Position numbers and translations under genes: made by a program. From the human T2T-CHM13v2.0 reference genome, Homo sapiens, in NCBI RefSeq assembly GCF_009914755.1, contig NC_060925.1: DNA of 64,000 bases; one strand, given 5' to 3'. Every line of letters begins with the position of its first letter. The first letter of the stretch is position 1. Below the pieces are notes generated by a model. That model had not been told where the DNA came from. It saw only the letters and a list, made by a program, of their open reading frames with translations, and did no database searches. Positions 63,119 to 64,000 of this stretch are shown one piece after another.

Positions 63119-63549
63119 AAATCCAAAAGGTAATCCAGGCCTGTTAAGCCAGCTCTCTTCCCTGAGAACGGGCACCTCCTCAGCTCTTCCACTTCCCTCT
63201 TCTGCCCTCCCCCAAAATCCAAACCACAGACTCTTAAACTGTGCCCTTCAAAGAACCATCAGTTAAGTCTTATGCAATAGGGAGCCAAAGGGCCTTTCAC
63301 AGACTGGGTCTTCCCAGGCCATTTGCAGAGTGGGTAAGAGCACTGCAGATCCCACCTCGGTCTCTGGTGGCAGATCCCACCTTGGTCTCTCATTAGCTGT
63401 GTGACCTTGGGCAAGTTACTTCACCTCTCTGAATCTCTTCTTATCCAGAAAATGAGGACAGTAGTTCATCTCTGTCATAGGATTGTTTAGGGATTAAGTG
63501 CAGGTATATAGGGAAGCCACACAGCATTCAGTTAAGAGTATGGACTTCC

Positions 63550-63865
63550 GGCCAGGCACGGTGGCTCACGCCTGTAATCCCAGCATTTTGGGAGGCCGAG
63601 GCGGGCAGATCACAAGGTCAGGAGATCGAGACCATCCTGGCTAACACGGTGAAACCCCGTCTTTACTAAAAATACAAAAAAAAAAAATTAGCTGTGCGTG
63701 GTGGCGGGTGCCTGTAGTCCTAGCTACTCGGGAGGCTCAGGCAGGAGAATGGTGTGAACCCAGGAGGTGGAGCTTGCAGTGAGCTGAGATCACGCCACTG
63801 CACTCCAGCCTGGGTCTGGGTGGACAGAGTGAGACTCCGTCTCAAAATAAATAAATAAATAAAAA
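63550..63865 (+). mobile_element. AluY-like inserted in a MIR
   Basis: accatcctggctaacacggtg, gagcttgcag; TSD AGTATGGACTTCC. Confidence 0.93.
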
Positions 63866-64000
63866 GTATGGACTTCCAAGTTGAAACCCCCGAGTTTGGA
63901 CCCTGGCACTGCCTCTTACTAGCTGTGTGATCCCAGGCAAATTACATGCTTCATTTCTGCTGCTTCATTTTCGTTATTAGTCATCCTGAGGATCAAATGA

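Overview
This is primate (human-like) genomic DNA, dense in Alu, L1, MIR and LTR repeats. It is not prokaryotic, so most entries in the six-frame ORF track are repeat-derived noise. I assembled a + strand multi-exon gene by hand: a non-coding exon ending at 12277 and ten coding exons from the ATG at 15920 to 60488 (1021 nt, 340 codons, all phases compatible). It encodes a multi-pass NIPA-family (Mg2+ transporter/DMT-like) protein that I recognise as NIPAL3 (human 1p36.11). Its canonical last exon lies beyond the window, but an in-frame alternative terminal exon sits at 62372-62457. A CpG-rich bidirectional promoter region (about 9.7-12.9 kb) is shared with a - strand gene, STPG1 by known synteny; only its non-coding 5' exons would fall here. 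Most notable observations: (1) four uORFs in the NIPAL3 leader, including a spliced 68-codon one; (2) a GC-AG first coding intron with a competing in-frame GT donor; (3) a 304-bp locally templated duplication with a 13-bp target-site duplication that brackets exon 6; (4) an alternative last exon whose poly(A) signals come from a downstream LTR; (5) a BC200 retrocopy; (6) an internally deleted L1 carrying an inverted copy of its own sequence. No new multi-gene system is evident; the best candidate for undescribed biology is uORF-based control of NIPAL3. Repeat subfamily names come from my recollection of consensus sequences and need RepeatMasker/Dfam confirmation.
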